Shown here: in pieces, positions 63,137-64,000 of the stretch
Layout of the letters: each line of letters starts with the position of its first letter
How positions within the stretch are numbered: the stretch's first letter is position 1
DNA from: Terriglobia bacterium
GTDB taxonomy: Bacteria; Acidobacteriota; Terriglobia; 20CM-2-55-15
Direction: 5' to 3'
Length of the DNA: 64,000 nucleotides
NCBI GenBank assembly: GCA_963664115.2
Contig: CAXWPJ010000012.1
Location: 32,001-96,000 of the forward strand
Notes under the pieces: model-generated
Databases searched by the model: none
What the model was told of the DNA's origin: nothing
The model's input: the letters and a program-made list of their open reading frames with translations, nothing else
Translations under genes and position numbers: made by a program

Positions 63137-64000
63137 CTATTTAAGGCGGGGATCGGCCGCGTCCCTCAGTCCTTCACCAACCAGGTTGTATGACGTGACC
63201 GTGACAAAGATCGCCAGACCGGGAAACAATGTCAACCACCAACCACTGGGCAACAGCACACGCGAACTCGCAAGTATTGCGCCCCAACTGGCCGTCGACG
63301 GCGGCACACCAAAACCGAGGAAGCTCAACGTCGACTCGATCAGAATAGCGGAGGCCACACCGAAAGTCGCCGCGACAAAGATTGGCGCCAGACTATTGGG
63401 AAGGACGTGGCGCAACATCGTTCTGAAATTGCTCGCGCCAAGCGCTTGCGCCGCCAGAATGTAATCGAGGGACTTTGTCCTGAGGAATTCCCCGCGCGTC
63501 AAACGAGCCACTGTCGGCCAACTCGTCAAGCCGATCACGACCATAATGTTGAAGATGCTTTGCGGAAGGAAAGCAACGACCGTAATGATGAGGAAGAAGG
63601 TCGGAATCGTCAGCATGATTTCAATCAGTCGTGATGCGATAATGTCGATCAATCCCCCGTAGTAACCGGCCAAGGCACCGATGATCAATCCGATGAGCAC
63701 GTAAATTGAGACAGCGACGAATCCGACCGATAGCGATACACGTGCCCCGTGAACCATGCGGCTGGCAATATCACGGCCGATATCATCGGTGCCCAGCCAA
63801 TGCACACTGGATGGAGGTTGTATGACCGAGAAGAGATCCGTCTCTGTCGGAGAGTACTTGATCGGTGGGAAGACAGCCCAATCTTCATCGCTGAAATTTC
63901 TTTCGGAAAACTGCTTATAACGAGCGTTCAGAAATTGCGGTTCCCATTGTGTCAGTCCAAGCCAGACTCCGTAGCTGTTCAACACAGGAAAATACGTCCC
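63137..64000 (-). CDS. Peptide/nickel ABC transporter permease (OppC/DppC-like), 5'-partial
   Basis: HWLGTD..GRD, AAQALGA (EAA loop), LSFLG, GEGLRDAADPR. Confidence 0.92.
   Translation of the reverse strand, partial: GTYFPVLNSYGVWLGLTQWEPQFLNARYKQFSERNFSDEDWAVFPPIKYSPTETDLFSVIQPPSSVHWLGTDDIGRDIASRMVHGARVSLSVGFVAVSIYVLIGLIIGALAGYYGGLIDIIASRLIEIMLTIPTFFLIITVVAFLPQSIFNIMVVIGLTSWPTVARLTRGEFLRTKSLDYILAAQALGASNFRTMLRHVLPNSLAPIFVAATFGVASAILIESTLSFLGFGVPPSTASWGAILASSRVLLPSGWWLTLFPGLAIFVTVTSYNLVGEGLRDAADPRLK

Overview
GC-rich bacterial chromosome segment; gene content (Ser/Thr kinase-TolB tail, DUF6152 pairs, DUF5916, Gly-rich TonB) suggests Acidobacteriota, but this is inference. Most of 10-48 kb and 52-64 kb is housekeeping (ttcA, xseA, fbaB, ndk, sucCD, pyk, ino1, pilT x2, ihfB, sppA, rpsA, rpmE, prfA, prmC, rnpB, rluD, lspA, thiolase/hbd, recA, ileS, tRNA-Phe, tag, egtB/egtD). 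Accessory parts include a tyrosine recombinase + IS91-type transposase element, an IS6 remnant, an IS256 and an IS1380 (both with visible TSDs), three families of REP-like palindromes and gene fragments. The main result is two independent in-frame UGA codons, each followed by a bacterial SECIS-like hairpin. One splits an NHL beta-propeller in the middle of a blade (757-759). The other lies at the C-terminus of a CxxS thioredoxin-fold protein (22420-22422). Both are candidate unannotated selenoproteins. Other highlights: secreted DUF6152 (mature N-terminal His-His) plus partner pairs, a REP-like hairpin inside RNase P RNA, and a GIHH-motif IleRS2. All calls come from reading the sequence; no searches or folding programs were run.
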